Below, piece by piece: positions 1-14,542 of a stretch of 64,000 bases of DNA; within the stretch, counting starts at the first letter, position 1; the number at the start of each line of letters is the position of its first letter. The notes beneath the pieces are model-generated. The model made no database searches. It saw nothing but the letters and a program-made list of their open reading frames with translations, and had not been told where the DNA came from. The stretch covers positions 1,364,001 to 1,428,000 of the forward strand of contig JAYWIR010000035.1 in the NCBI GenBank assembly GCA_036172245.1, given 5' to 3'. A program made the position numbers and the translations under genes. This stretch comes from Raillietiella orientalis (lineage: Eukaryota).

Positions 1-3000
1 TTTTTTTTTTTTTTTTTACTTTTTTAGTAAGCTATATGTACCATGAAGTATTCGATCAATAACAAATGGGCTTGGTGTTTAATCAGTCAGCCCCAATGGA
101 ACATCATTAGTTTGTTTGTACATTACAAAATCAGTAGGAAAACACCTTCGTGTACCCTGATCACTTCCTTTGGGTTCCTTCCAAGAGAATCGAATTCCAT
201 GTTGCCAGTCGACGAGAAAGCCGGTGACAGCTTTCGAGAATATTCTGATAATTTTTTTGTGTTTTTGAGAAGGGGGGGAGGATGATGTGTGAAACCTCAC
301 ACATCCACGATTTGCGAAAATTTCGTCTCAGGAATTTCATGCGGATCGTACTATGAAGCCGTTAAGTGAGCAAAGTTTAAGGGAAAGCCACGACTGTTTT
401 CTTTAAAGGATTTCGAAAACACAGGTGGTGGCCAAGTGAGAAAAACTTCCTTTCTGGAATTGTGGAATTTCAGCGTTTTGTGGCCAACTTTCGCCCCATC
501 AAACGAGTTCCGATGGTCAAAGTGTTTCTGAGATATTTCTAATCGATCAACATCCATCCTCTGAGAGCAGAGAATATATTAGTAGATAAAAGGAAAAAAA
601 ATTTGAATGACCTTGAGGCGTCTTGTATCAGTGAAACTGGTGAACGAAATTAATCGTTTGTTTAAAAAGAACGAGAAGCAGCATCAACCACTGAGCAGAG
701 CAATTTATCAAGTATTGGCAGATTCAATTTGAACTGAGCTTCAAATTAGTCCATTAAGCAAAAAAATAAGATGCAAGTGAGAGCTTTTCGTTATTTACAC
801 GATGGAGCTTCTCTCCTTAACTGGTCCAAATGAGGAAGGTGACTGCACTTCAGCCAGTGAATCATTGCAATGTTAAAATAATTTCTCTTTGCCGCTAGGG
901 AAAAACACAAGCGCCTTCAGGATGTTGTTATTTATCTCCGCTTGAACTTCAATAACCTGGCGTCTATTTATGCATTTCCGGATCTAACTGTTATTGGGAT
1001 TGTTAATACTGGCGCTTTCGTAATATACTGGATGCCTGCCTTTAATGGCGGGACCCCAGAATGGACAAGAGAACTGATAACTGCAATACCCGAATTGAAA
1101 TTCAATCGATCCGACAGCTGCTGCAGGAACAGAGCTCGGAACGTATCCTAGATAAGGCATTCCCAGGATCGGTTCGGAGAACGCAATCTATTCCGGGAAG
1201 TTTTGCAAATGTGTTTTGGAATCAGAATGGTATGACCTTCAGAACCCTCTCATCATGGTCCAGACAGCCCACCAAAAGACGGACCTCCCACTCTTGTTTG
1301 GGTACAGTTCTTTGGAACGTCTTTTTCCCCCCTCCTCCTCCTTTCTTTAAGATACATCGAAGAAGCTTACATCTCCGAGGACCATTTCAGGCTGAAGATG
1401 TCTTAGAAAAGAAAACAAAGCGGAGGCACACTGAATGTTTAAAGATCGAGTTCTCGAGTGAATGTTGGATGCTGCTAAACAAAATCTTAAGGCTGAGCAG
1501 TAAAACCGTATGAAGCAAGATGAGTTATCTGTGAAAAGAACCGAAAGCAGGAAAGAGTGGTTACCAAGGGAGGATTCCACACGTAACCTAGCGAAACTGA
1601 CGTTTTTAGTACGTCGCTACTAATGAATTGACATATCTCTTAGTATGGTACCATTTACGACCACGGCTCCTTCCCAGCCTCCATAATGAAGACGGGCCTC
1701 CGGTGGGGCAGAGCGAAGAGCGCGTTCAGCAGTCCCTGCAGACGAGTTTCAGGAAGTTGCATCTCGAGCGTGAGATCAGCCCTCAGGAAGAGAACTCGTG
1801 AGAGCTTTCTCCGAAGCTACAAGAAAGCATTCCGGCAGAACTCCGATGAGAAGAGAATGCGGTCCAGGTCGCGAGGGGCCCTCCATGATGTTCCAGAAAG
1901 GCGGAAATGCAACTCCTTCAAAATCGCATGCATGGGGTTGATGGGACGGAAGACGTCGAGAAAGTTCCAGATTTTTCGCTGGTAGCGGGTTCTGTCGGCG
2001 CTCACGGCAAGCAGCACTTGAGGACGTTCCCCAGGAGACCCTGAGCACATGAGGGGAGTGGCCTCCCTTGCCCTCCTCCTCCCCTTCCCTTTAAGAAAAA
2101 AAAAAAAAAAACAGGGGCAGTAGGAATTGGGGATCACCCATTGCACACGGGTGATGAGCGCAGTTTTGCGGAATCGGAAGATCAAGGAGACAGGAGCGGA
2201 GCGCATCCCACGAAGCCAGTAGGAAGTCTGCATCCCTGCTTAGAAGAGGCACTTCCACAAGAGTTCCAGTGAGAATAGGAGAACGCACTGGATGCTTCTT
2301 CTCTTTTTTCCTCTGCTTGTCACAGCTTTAGGACATGTCTTCGGACAGTCTTCCAGACTCTCAGCAACGGGTCATGGCCATCCGCGCCCAGTGAACTTAC
2401 TGTCACCAGATGAAAACCACGTGAGGAGCCTCGAGCAAAAGCAGACGTCTGTTTCCCGCCTGCGACTCCTCTGTTTCGAAAGACAAGATCGAGAACAGCA
2501 AAGCAGCTGGAAGTGGCACTCGCTCCTGGAGCGTGTTCCTCCTCCAATCTTCAGAAAGAACGGGGAAACAGCTCCTCGACTGATAAAGAATTCGGATTCC
2601 GTGGCTCTCAGAGAACCATTCTGTAGATCCTCCTGGTGTCTTCATGTCCGCAAGGGAGTCCTGGTTGAGCTTTTGTCCGAAGTTGCTCAAAACTCCCTTT
2701 GAGACTGAGCCCCGTCTCCTACAGCCATGCGTGGCTGTTGCTAGCCATTGGATTCCCGTTGCCCGCGGCGAACCTTTTTGCTGTGGCTGCACTGATGTCC
2801 TGAAAGTTCGCGGCGCATCAAGTCTTCTCCGAAGAGCATCCGAGGAGAGTGCCTGAATCTTGGAACCTTCCGTCTTGTTTTCTGCTGGACTCGTCTTTGG
2901 TAACCGACTGCCTGCGCTTCCATGGCGACGGAAACGGGAGAAGGTGCCTGCGCACTCCTGAGTTCGTAGAACGAGATCGAGCGAAACTTTGGATCTACCG

Positions 3001-6000
3001 CAGGGAGGTGGGACAGAAAACACTGTCATCCGACTGCCTGAGACTTGAGGATCCTCTGGAGAATGCAGCGGAGGGAATACCGACAGAGATTCCCGAAAGC
3101 CGAGGGACCTACGCAGGTCGCAGTCTGAGCATATTCATTTCGCTTGTCCTTACTTTCGAAGGACCGTTTCTCCCATTGGTTCCAGACTCCACTCCGCCAC
3201 TGAGAACCTTTTTCGTGGCTTGCGCGCGCACTCGCGTGCACACCTCGGGCTTCCTTGAGCACAATTGGAGGCGCGACCATGCGATGGAGGTGTTTTCCAA
3301 GCAGGAGGCATGCCGAAGCCTTTTATTTCTCTGCGCCCTCCTCTCGCAGAGCAGGAAGAATATTAGGCGACCCTCCAGTCAAATTCCAACAAGCGCTTGT
3401 GCAAGATGGAGTCCCGTGGCATCGATCCGAGTGGATCAAGCCCCCGCAACACCAGAGCGGGAGGAGCGGTGCAACGAGGAAGCAGGACCACAGAATGACA
3501 GCCGCTGCGGCTCAAACTCCGCCGACTGACAGGTTCGTAAGGTCCAAAAACACCCAGATGAGTGCAAGGGTAGGATTTTCTCACGGTTTCCATAGTTCCC
3601 CCTCGACCTGTTCAACGTCTCCGTCCAGCGAAAGGATAGTCAGTGATGGATGTTCAGGAGCGGGGTGCTCGCTACCTGAGGCAAGGACACTGCCGGGAAA
3701 AATCGCTTCCAGCTCAGAGTTTCATCCGGCACCGCACTTACCGCTTTTAAACCACGCCTGCTTGCTTGATCCGTGGATTTGCATGGTTCCAAAGGTAATG
3801 GTGGTCTTCTTTTGGCAACCCTGCTGTGTAGGGCCTTGCTCGGTCGTTTCGTGGGTTTCCTAGCCGGCGCAACCAGCAGATCTCCAGGCCATGTCGGATG
3901 TTAGACGGCACACCATCATCTTTCACTGCGGGAGAGATCATCGTATCTTTGGATTAGAGATTTATCCGATCTGCACGGCTTGATGCCTTCTAGTTCGGAA
4001 AGACTGCACATCGCAGACGAGATCCTTGATGAGGAGATGCAAGGTTTGGGATGAAACACTGCTTCGCTCGTGAAATCGTTGCTTGTGCTCAAGTTCTTCC
4101 TTGTTCTATGTGCTCAACAACCCGATGTCTTGCTTCACCAGCAAAGTCAGCAGCAGAATGGGACGGAGATGAGGTTTCCTGCAATGAGCTCCTTGCTGAA
4201 GTGGCCTCCCGTCTTTACCCAGCTCTGCTACTGCGTAAGAGGAGAAGAGCAGTCGTGTTGCACACCCCTTCGAGAGCACCCTTGACTCGTTAGGAGGTGT
4301 TCAAGACAGACAGCAAATCAAGTTCAAAATGTCTCTCCGCCTCTCCATCAACAAAGGATGTTCAGGTGACCTTCCGACCTGATGGCCAACCAATGCGGGT
4401 TGGACAGAAGATTCTTGAGACTGATACTACAACCCCATACGGACAGAACAAGACGGACAGGCATGAAGATGGTTCACCTTTACTCCATGCAATTCCTCCG
4501 TTCATTCAACAAACAGCTGGTTCGCGTCCGTTCTGGAAACTTCTAGTTCTTTTGGAAAATCCCGTTCTTGGGACCTCAGTGACTGACCAATGGCACGACC
4601 GTAGCCGCTTACTCGGACTCTAGAAACCCACTAGAGTGAAAGAGGAAGCGTGTCGTCCCCTCATCGAGTGAGAATACAGCCGTATTCCCTCAAAACAGCT
4701 CGCAAAGACAGTTCCACGTCGAATATCCCTCAATCAGCTGGTTGATATCCCCACACACGACAACAGCTACGTGAATGGAGTGCTGTTCTGGAACCGTTTT
4801 TCATGAGTCTTGGAGTCAAACCTAGCGGGTTGCCGTACAAGACCGGATCGGATCTTTGGTTCTTTCAGCTTGGACTTTTTGTTCCTTTCTAGCAAAGGCA
4901 GTCCCAGAAAAGGTAACAGGAAGTCCTATCTCCAATTCGCAATGCTATTCTCCAATTCAAGTCTCAGCCAAAGACGTGAGCACAAGGAAGGTTTGGATTC
5001 GCAAGGATTGGAAAGGATCTGGAAGCTGACTCTCAGGGTCTTGGAGTCAGCTGTGCAAAATGTCTGGGACAAAGGAGATGAAGTATGGGGAGCAGCTTCA
5101 ACAGCCTTCTTTTTGGGTTCTGAAAAGTGTGGACAGTGAACTCCTGGGAATTTGAGCGTCTATTCCTGCTCTGTCCTCGCATGCTAGGCCAGTTATTCAC
5201 TAGAAACAAATATTTTCGATTTTGAAATTTGTGCTGGAGTCCCATGACAGTGGAGTGAGAGGGGAAAAATGACAGACGTTGAGGATCAATAACGAATGGA
5301 ATATGGAGGAGTAGGGAATGGACTGTGAGCTCTATGCGCCTGTGACTCTCGAGAGATAAAGTGGGAAAGAGGATAGAAGTCAACGGTCACCCCAAGCAAG
5401 CGGTCCACAATTCCGAAGAGTTCGTGAGTCTCTGAGCTTGCATGTCTCCAGACTGTCTTCCGGAAACTGGAGGCAAAAAAGCTCTTTAACTTCTTAGCCA
5501 TATTATTCCTTCAGTAGGACTGCCGGAACGGCCCCGCATACGGGTTATTCTTCTTTGACCATCCCTTCTTGGCGGTCGTATTTTGAGTAACGTCTGCATC
5601 AGCGAAGGACCTTAACACAGCTTTCTACGGATTCGGTACCACGTTGTTAAAAGTCATTGACGAGCCTGCCTTGCAAATCAAGGGAAAAAATGCAGCGCAT
5701 GCTGAAACGTCTTAACAGCCCTCTCATCTGCTCTCCTTAACATACGCACATTTACCTCTTCGTCCAATTCAGTCTTCTTCTACATTGAAATTCGATTTTG
5801 CGTGCTCCCTACCTGCTGGAAACCTTCCCTTTAGAGTTCTGTTGACTCGGGTTGTCACCTGGTAATCGTAATTCCCATTGAGCAACCTTCTTACGGAGGT
5901 GCCGTCTATGGGTTTTGGTGAAGCAGCGACTATCTCTATTTGCCGAATGCTCCAGGCACGTTTGAGGTCTTCGTTTGAAGCGCAGAGAGTTGATTTCGTC

Positions 6001-6613
6001 CCTGCGCATGTTTCCAGGCCGGAGAACGGCGACTTTCATTTGACTTCTGAGAGAGCTGACATCTCGCCTTCTCATTCGGGGCTCAGACTGATTGCACCTT
6101 CTCGCGCATGTTTGCATCGCAAATCGGCCGCATGTAACTCCGTGCCAGTTAAGGAATACACAACTGAAAACCGAATGATATCGTCTTTGCCATTCCTTGG
6201 CAAATGATAGACTTGAAAAATTCTAGTGCTCTCTGAGAAAACGGACTTGGATCTCTGGAACGTCTTGGAGTGGCGTTATTTGGGAAGGAGAAAAGGGAGA
6301 GTATCTTGAAGTAGATCCGTGAGGATTGAATCATTCCACCAAGCGAATTCCTACATGAAACGACGTTTCTTTATGCACAGCACCTGCATACAGGACATAA
6401 CCTTACAGCCAGAGAACGTAAGTGTGAACGTATGTGTATTGCATTCACCTGAATGATCCGATGTGATGCTTACTTCTAGAATCACTGGATAGGGTTTCCC
6501 TTGCTTGCTTAGTTAGTCTGCTTTTCTTTCTCTGTGATCTTCGGCTATGCGTGCATAGGTCTTCAGTACTCCTTCGAGCTCACTATTTACTTCTTTCAGA
6601 GGCAAGATGCATT

Positions 6614-6645
6614 TATATATATATATATATATATAAATGTGTGTA

Positions 6646-6677
<32 letters not shown>

Positions 6678-6687
6678 CACACACACA
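6614..6687. repeat. Compound (TA)n/(TG)n/(CA)n microsatellite
   Basis: Directly visible run tatatata...tgtgtg...tatata...cacacaca; explains the YIYIYI ORFs in the track. Confidence 0.95.
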
Positions 6688-9600
6688 GATACAGCTTTCC
6701 CCAAAATCAGAAGCATTGCTCTTTGTTCATTATCTAGTTCTGAGTGCCAAATGGGTTAAATTCCACATTACTGGCATGTGTGTTCGTTTGGGGGACAGCA
6801 TACGCATCGTCCTATTTTGGCAGCCACGTACAAGAGGTAGCGGTACCTGTTCAGTTCTCTTTCCTGCGAAGAGTGTTGCAGCTGCTTCTAAGATCTCATT
6901 TCAGTTCATGACAACGGTGATTTCTCATTCTGAAACCGGGAACTTCCTTCCCCACTGGCCCCCGCAACTCGGTCTCACACCGGAAGACGCCACGGTTTTC
7001 CGGGGCGGCCGATCCGTGTGCCACGGAATTGGGATCCAAGCCACAGGCAATCAAATCTGTCGAATCTCCAGAGTGAGAAACTTGCTGTCCTCAAGAGTGA
7101 TCTTTGAGACGAGGAACTGGTGGTGCAACAGCAATTGCCAGTAAAAGGCCTTCCCCTTCCTGTGTGTGCCCTTCGGGTGTTCCTTTCAGGCTTGGAAAAC
7201 GGGACTGGGGAGGATGAGGATGAAGACACCCAGCTTGGCTGAGAAGTTTCGTTTGCTGGTGACGATTATCTAGAAGGACATGGAAAGCCTCTGTTTTCAG
7301 CCTCAGCTCCCATTTCTACATCCTCAAAGGACAGAGGTCACTTGCACCTTTGGGGAACAGAGGAAATGGAAAACCACTTGAGGAAATCAGCTTCATGCTA
7401 CTGATTATCATATGAAAGAGCTTCAGTGGAAATCTGAAAGATTTCATCTTTGTATTTGTAGCACCCTTGTTCTTGAGGTCAGAAATCCTCCAAGCAACAA
7501 AATGGAAAAATGGGAAGACACCGCAGATTCAGTCTGAGGTGGTCGAGATCGATCTGACGAGAAAATGTAAGGGAACTCATCGGACAGAAAGCATGCAGGC
7601 GAAGGAAGACAGGAAGAATAAGGAATACATAAGGAACGGGCTTGGGGCTCCGCACTGCCAGTTTCAGAGGGATGTGGGGAACCGAGAGCTCATCCAGGAC
7701 ACGTTGCCAGGCCAGCTGCAGGCAGAGTGCGGTCGCTCCGTCCACCTAATCCCGAGGGGACCGCGCCACTCGAAGTTTGCTGGAAGCACTCTCCCTCGCC
7801 TGAAATCCATCCTTGGTCGATCCCCACCCTGGCGGTGCATTCGCGCGTTTTCCCCTTGCCAACAACGCTCAGCGAGACCTGTCTTCCGACATCTGTGTAT
7901 CGTGATGGGGAGAGAGGGAGGGGAAGAGGAGATTCCCAACTTCCCGAAGCTTCTGGAAGGGCAAGCAGGCTCTGCATTCCCGTTTCCAGCGAAAAGCTTC
8001 AGGAACCGCCAGCACCGCGAGCTGCGCGCCGAAAAGGACTGGGACGTTTCCCAGCTCTGCGAAGCAACCGTTGGGGCTAGACCTGCACGAGTTGACCGTG
8101 CGGAACCCGCTTTCATGTGTGCCGGACTTCTGTCATTCTGGGCATTTTTCTGTGGGCATCCTGACTAAAGGTTCTCAGCTGAAGAGATCACACCTGCCGC
8201 TTGCTCGTCGAGAGAGAGAGGAGAAAAAAAAAATCATAAAATTGAGCAAGAAAATAAAATCCTTGTCAACGAAATTGCTGTGCGTTTATTGAACAGGACC
8301 AAGGACAGGACGCAGATCGACAAAGTGCACTTAATTGTGCCTATTAGAGTGCAGCGATGCACTGTCAAAATCTAAATGGAGAGAATTAGAATGATTGGAA
8401 TGTTTTCCCGCGAAGCTCATTAGCGGCGCTTTGAATGCGCGGTCCTCTCGATCCCTGGGCTGGGGAGGCCAACCCCGCGAACAGAAGAGTGAAACCCTCT
8501 TCGCAACTCGGAAACCTCACCGCTGTGACAAGCCCCAGTGAACTTCCAGGTGGTTGGAGCTGTGATTCCCGGAGATCTTCATGCTCCTGCACCGTGAGAG
8601 TGGGCACATTTCCCGGACCGAACGCATCGGAGCCATCAAACCATGGTGTACCAGGTAAAGATTGTGATTGGTGTCCGGTCTTAAATGCACTCCCCAGCAC
8701 TTTTTCAGCGCCCGAAACGCTGCGGTCGTGGCTCGGGGCGGCGCTGCATTTGGAGTTTCTGCAGTAGGTGATCACAGTAGGGATGGCATGGCAACCTGCT
8801 TGCAAATACAAAATGTCACTGAACGTCTCGCCATATCTTTCGCATCCTCCCACATCCCTCCAATTATCCGTCCATTTTTTTTGTAGTTTTTTTCCTGTCC
8901 GTTGTTCCCCGCTTCCCTACGCTTCCCACAATCCCCTCCGTAGTCCAGGATGGGTAGCGGATGCCCCTTCCTTGTGGGCAAGAATCGAGTAGGAGGATCC
9001 CGTCCCATCTAGCATATTGGTGTTCATAAGCACAAATATCCCCTTTCGTGCTCCCCGGTGAAGATCTCCAGGCAATCCCCATCGGAACTCAAAGTAAGAA
9101 GATTCATTGCCAGCTTGGAACAACGCCGTGATTCCCTTCAGGCTTGTGTCTTCCTCCATTCATCTGCTCCTTGGTAGGAAATGCGAAGATGGCACTAAAT
9201 GGTTGCCAGGAGTTCCAACAGCTGTGGGAGAAGTGCAGGATGAGAGTTTGCACTGCCTGAGGCACTAATGAGAAAAGGAACTAATGAGAAAAGGAACCGG
9301 TCGAGCCTGAAGACTCTTCTGGCTGAAAAGCTCCCGAAATTTAAGGGAGCATCGTTAATCGGCATTAATTGCTTTCCACAGTTTATGCGGTTGCCATGGA
9401 AAGGGTGAGGCGGCAGCTAATTGGTTCGATGTTTCCATCCCAGGTTCAAAGAATTCACGCGAGCTTGGAAACGGCAACTGGGAATCGAACGCATCTCGGC
9501 GGCATTTGATCCCCGTGACGAACCGTGACGAGGCTGCCCCGTTTTAAGAAGATGCTTTTTAACAATAAACAATTTGAAGGAGGAGGGGAGAGCAAGACCC

Positions 9601-12600
9601 GGATGTTCCACATCGGTCGAGTGATTCAGAAAGTCCGCTCCCATTAAAATGATGCGGGAGAGGACTTTCTGAATCACTCGACCGAGAGGCGCCCAATCAG
9701 GAGGAGCAGCGCTCTCGGACGCCTCAGACGTTGGCGCTGCACTTGCCGCCTTCAAGGGCCACTCCGCGAAAACTCTGTCGAAGGTTACCGAGCGTTGGAC
9801 GCCCGGCAGCGAGCAGGGAGCGAACGGGATGGCTCCCTTCTCAGCTGCGTCCTTCCACCCAGGGAAAAAAAAACTGGGGCGTTCCAGGAGACGATTTTTC
9901 CTGGGACGACTGCCGCCATTGGGCTGGACTTCTCTTCCAGCGAGAAGGGGGGCTGTACGAAAGGCGTCCGCCTCCCTTGCGACGGATTCCTCCACACACA
10001 CTCGACGTTTGCCGCCGCCGTCTTGTTCGATTCGTGGGGCGGAAGCTCCAGAAAGGGAATAATCGATGATTCTGGGCTCTTGGACCCGTCCTCGATAATC
10101 TCGAAGACATCCCACTTTTTCCCATGGAGGAATCTGTAAAATTGAGCGAGGCTGCAGATCCATCTCGTCCCTCGCCCCCTGACACGCTCAGCTCTTTCAC
10201 CCCCTCTTCAACCCTTGCAGGACTGCGGTCCTGGACCTGCGACCTGAACCCCTTTCCCTGTATCGGGATGCGTTAATCAAGTCGGCACTTGCGAAACTTC
10301 TTTCGTGTCCGTTGCGAAATCGCCCTGCAAGACGTTGTTCCCTTTCTGTTTGTCTCTGCTGAGCTCGCCTGTCGACCCGGCCACGTTTCCCTCGAAACAG
10401 AGTCAGTGCCGTTGGCTCCGTCGGCTTCTGGGTCCTGTTGTGATCTTCAAAGAAGCCGTACCCTATGAGAACCTTTTCTTCTCGCAGATTCCCCTTCCTC
10501 TTCAAGCGCTTCCACTTTTGCCGGTCGCGGCTCGGTTTCCGGATGTGCTTCTTGCACCTGATCGGAGAGAGTCCTGGGGCTCCATCCCGGAAACATCCGG
10601 AGTCCTGACTGTGCCTCAGACGGACGTTGGAACGCCGCTTTTAAGATGAAGGCAGGAGTTGGATCTTTGGTCCACCAGTGTGATGGGGAAGGTTCGGAGA
10701 GAGCGCGGGGTAGGAGGGAAGGGGGAGGAAGTAAAGGATAATGACGGGGCTCACGTCCTTCTCGAAACAACCCCGCCTTCGCTGCTCTCAGCATCGGCGA
10801 CGAATTTGGGAGCGAATGGCATCCGAACAATCAGGAAGAACACGAAGACGCTCCTTTGCTTATATGACGTTCTCACGGCTTGTTTTTTTTTTCTTCTTCT
10901 TCTTCTCGTATATGAGCGAGATGAATTTCATTGAAGCCCTTGCAACATCTGTTGGGAGAAGAAGAGACTCTCTCGCTTATTTCACAAGCTTTGAAAATAC
11001 TATGCTAATGCTGGAAAAACAATGTGTTGTTTGCACTGAATTGAGCGAATTCTTGGTACCTTTTCTCCCGAAAGAATGACAATAAATAAAAGGAGAATTT
11101 CTCTCCGTGATAATCTTTATTTAATAGCTGTAAATTAAAGACGAAGAAGTTCCAAGAAGGAAGAAAACTCCCGCTTGAAATACAGATACCTCCGATGCTG
11201 TTGGTCTCCTCATAATGGTAATGAATTAAACGCCAATGTCGCTGACGTAAATGTGCGTCCGTAGCAGCGAAGGAAACAAAGGAACATAACGAAAGAAAAC
11301 AAACAAAAGTGGTTAGGGCGCTTATGGTTTCCTGTTTCAGAGTTTTTAAAATGCCGTAGTGGGTGCTGGGGGAGGCGGCGAACGGTGGATGTAGATCAAC
11401 TAGATGCAAAAGGAAATCTCAGGGAAGTCCTTCACACTCTTTGGGGGTCGGCAACCCACTCCCGGTAGCATGGCGATGAAAGGGGAGGCGAGGAAAGAGC
11501 AAGAAACGGGGAGGGACTCGACTCTGCAAACCGAAGGCACGGCGCGCGGAGGAGAACCGTGCAACACGCAGAACTGTTCGGGGCAGATTCGACCGGGACA
11601 CTTTCCGTGTTCGAAACCTGCACGACCTGGGGGGTCAACTTTTCGAGTCCTTTCCGTGAGAACTGCAGCTCTTCAGATCACGGAGCGTGTCCTACGATAC
11701 CGCGACCCCAGCCAATAGCTGTGGTCGCAGGAGGTTATCCTCCCTGGGACCAGAAGACCGGAAAACCAGAATTAAAACTACGTGAAACCAAGTGGCGCTC
11801 CAGGGAGCATCGATTGTTCGGAAGGAGGGAACAAATCTGGAATTCGAAGTTCCATCAACTTCAAAAATTTCTCCTTCTTCGACGTGACTGGGAACGAGTA
11901 GCTCGCAAAAGTCTTGCATGTGCATTCAAGAAGATGCTTCGTAATAATTATGTGTATGTGTGTGTGCATGTGCACGTGTATGTTTTATACACGAAAACGT
12001 GCACTTCATATTTACAATGCACTTTATATGAATCTTATTTTTATATGGATAATGATTGCTATACACATACATGTGTGAATGTGCATATGCTTTGCCACAT
12101 GCATATGCATAAAGACGTGTACGTGTTCAGGTAACTTTGAAGCTGGGAATTGCAGTCAGATAAAGTCACGAAGTCCTCGAGGAATTCTGGCATGAGATTT
12201 CTGATCATGGGTGGGATGGGAAAGCCAGTCGCGTCATCATCAATGGCCCGAAAAATCAAATTGAAAATCATAAAGCGTCCGTTCGTTCGTGAGTTCAGTC
12301 AAAGCCTAGAAGCAGTTTCTTGAGCGATCTCTTTGCAAGTATTCTCAAAGAGAGCTATGGAGGACAGACTCCTTAGGGTCGGTCAATGTGACTCTGTGAC
12401 TCACCGAGCACACGCCGAACACAGCCGTGTGTCTTCCAAAGCAGCGACGACGAGGAGTGCCAAGTGGACCCCAATGCGCGAGCGGAGGCAAAAGAGACTG
12501 CTTCACCTGTAGTAGAACTGAGGAATATCAAAAACCATCTTGCCAACTCCCCCCCCCCCCCCAAAAAAAAAAAAAAAAAATAAGACTAAAGCAGCTGTTT

Positions 12601-14239
12601 GAAATCTTCGATCGAGATTCGTGAAAACCACTTCGCAATTAGCAGTCATGTCTTCCGATGGGAAAGATCCTTCGAATTGTGATCACAGAAGAAGCAACAG
12701 TCGTTGCTTCTTCTGTATTTTGCTTTCACGAGTCTGCATGGAATCCCGTTTCTCAGCCTGCGATTTTGTCGAAACGCGTTCAGCGAGCAGAGAAAGATCT
12801 GCGGCTGCACTAGCTGGAGCATAAAGAAATAAACAAGAGAATCTATGAGCCAACAGGACACTTATTTCTACGGTTAGAAACGGGTAGATCTAAAAGAAAA
12901 CTTAGAGATCTTGCACTGGAAAAGAATGAGGGCACGTCGTAGGTTGATTCCAAGATGACCTAGACTTTGAGTAGCACTGCACGAGAGGCAGGATCCGTGT
13001 GTTGGTCCCACGCATCTCCGGAAAAAATGCATGCAACTTTTAAGGGTGCCGAGATGTGATAAGAGAACGCTCCAAAAGAGTTCTCCATGAATTCGTCCCT
13101 GTTTAGAAAGAGCTTAGTGCGAAAGCAGTGGAAAGGACCCTGGAGATGGGAAGGGAAAAAAAGGGTCTGATGAAGCCAACACCGGAACTTCCGGAAAGAT
13201 CACTGACAGGAAGATAACGGAACTCTTCTTCCTGCCCGAAACGGAGGAGGAAATTTCCATCTAAAGCAGCAGCAAAGTCTTAAGCGATTTTTCTTGGAGG
13301 CATTCTGCAGGTCCGAATCAGCGGATCTGGAGAGGCTACAAAACTGATCCAGGGGCTTCAAGTTCGGAAGATTGCATCCCTCGGGAGAGTGAGAGAGAAC
13401 CCTTCTGTTGCGATATTTTTTTTTCCAGAAAATATGAACACGCAGGAGAAAAGAAATTTTAGGAGAATACCAGTGTGTTTTCCAAAGTACGGTCAGGTCA
13501 TCTTTCACAAAAGAACAAGAAACGTTCTTCCCTCTCGCCTTGTTCTGCCTACGCATAAGATGTTGGAGTTGCTACAAGTTGCTGGGATACTCTGCAATTC
13601 ATCGACCACATCGCTCGTGCGTTGCCGAAAAGATGACAAGAGAAAACGAGGAGGTCCTTGTGGGGACGGGGCAGATGACCCGTGAGTTTGACTCCTAGCA
13701 AGGAGAGCTTTAAAGCACCCGACTCAGCATTCTTTGAGCAAAGATGGCGTCAGCTGAGTAAGACGTAGATAGCCAAAAGAATAACAGGTCGAAGTGGAAC
13801 ACGGGCACAGGAGAAGGCAGGCTTGCTTTATGGTGTGCTCGAACTCCGAATCATTGGAATGACAACAGTTTTTTTTTTTTACAGTTCATTTTTTTTTAAT
13901 TCCTTTCTTTTTTTTTTTTTTCGTAACTCTCCAAGTTCATCCAACAGATCCGAAAAAGCGGAAAATCATCCGCAACTAAAAAAGCTGTTTGATGATGACA
14001 CACGTTATTTTTGTTTTTGTTTCGTTTTCTACGTCTATGACCATCAAGTATTTGACACACTTTCTTTCAAAGTTCTATTCTTAGATGTTGTCGCTCAGTT
14101 TGAGGAATAAGGAGGGGAAAAAAAACAAAAAAATAGAAGGTGAATCCGTTTTTAACACGGTGAGGACTCTTTTGCGAAAGGAAAGAGAAACCACTGCGAA
14201 GAGTTCTTTGCTAGGGAATCAGTATTTTTGTATTTGGGC

Positions 14240-14315
14240 AGTATATAATATATAATATATACAAAAATAGTATATAATATATACAAAAATATATACATAT
14301 TTTTGTATATATTAT
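14240..14315. repeat. Short AT-rich tandem duplication followed by a 19-bp inverted copy
   Basis: tatataatatatacaaaaat occurs twice in tandem; ataatatatacaaaaatat (14274-14292) pairs perfectly with atatttttgtatatattat (14297-14315). Confidence 0.9.
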
Positions 14316-14542
14316 CTTAAGGCAGCTCACTTTGCAAAAGTACCGAGCAGAAAAAAAACCTCCGAAAAGCCCATGGGGGGATGAAAAGTGGCAGAGATCA
14401 AACGTCGCTGTTTCCGGGAAAGAGAATCAACGCTCTTCAGCAGCACTCCAGCCGCACTTTCGACCTCTGTTCCTTGGGTGGGAAGAGACGCAGCTGGCAC
14501 GCGAAAACGAGGTTTCCTTGCGTGTCCACCTCCCTCGTTGCA

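Noticed and set aside
366..386. gtgagcaaagttt matches the first 13 nt of miR-87
   Set aside because: The 3' part diverges and the upstream sequence gives only weak, long-looped pairing; no convincing pre-miRNA.
1062..1084. Resemblance to miR-184 (tggacaagagaactgataa)
   Set aside because: Seed mismatch/indel and no complementary 5' arm.
9264..9297. 16-bp tandem duplication actaatgagaaaagga (also a 10-bp duplication at ~15830 and many poly-A/T/C runs)
   Set aside because: Ordinary slippage products with no further structure.
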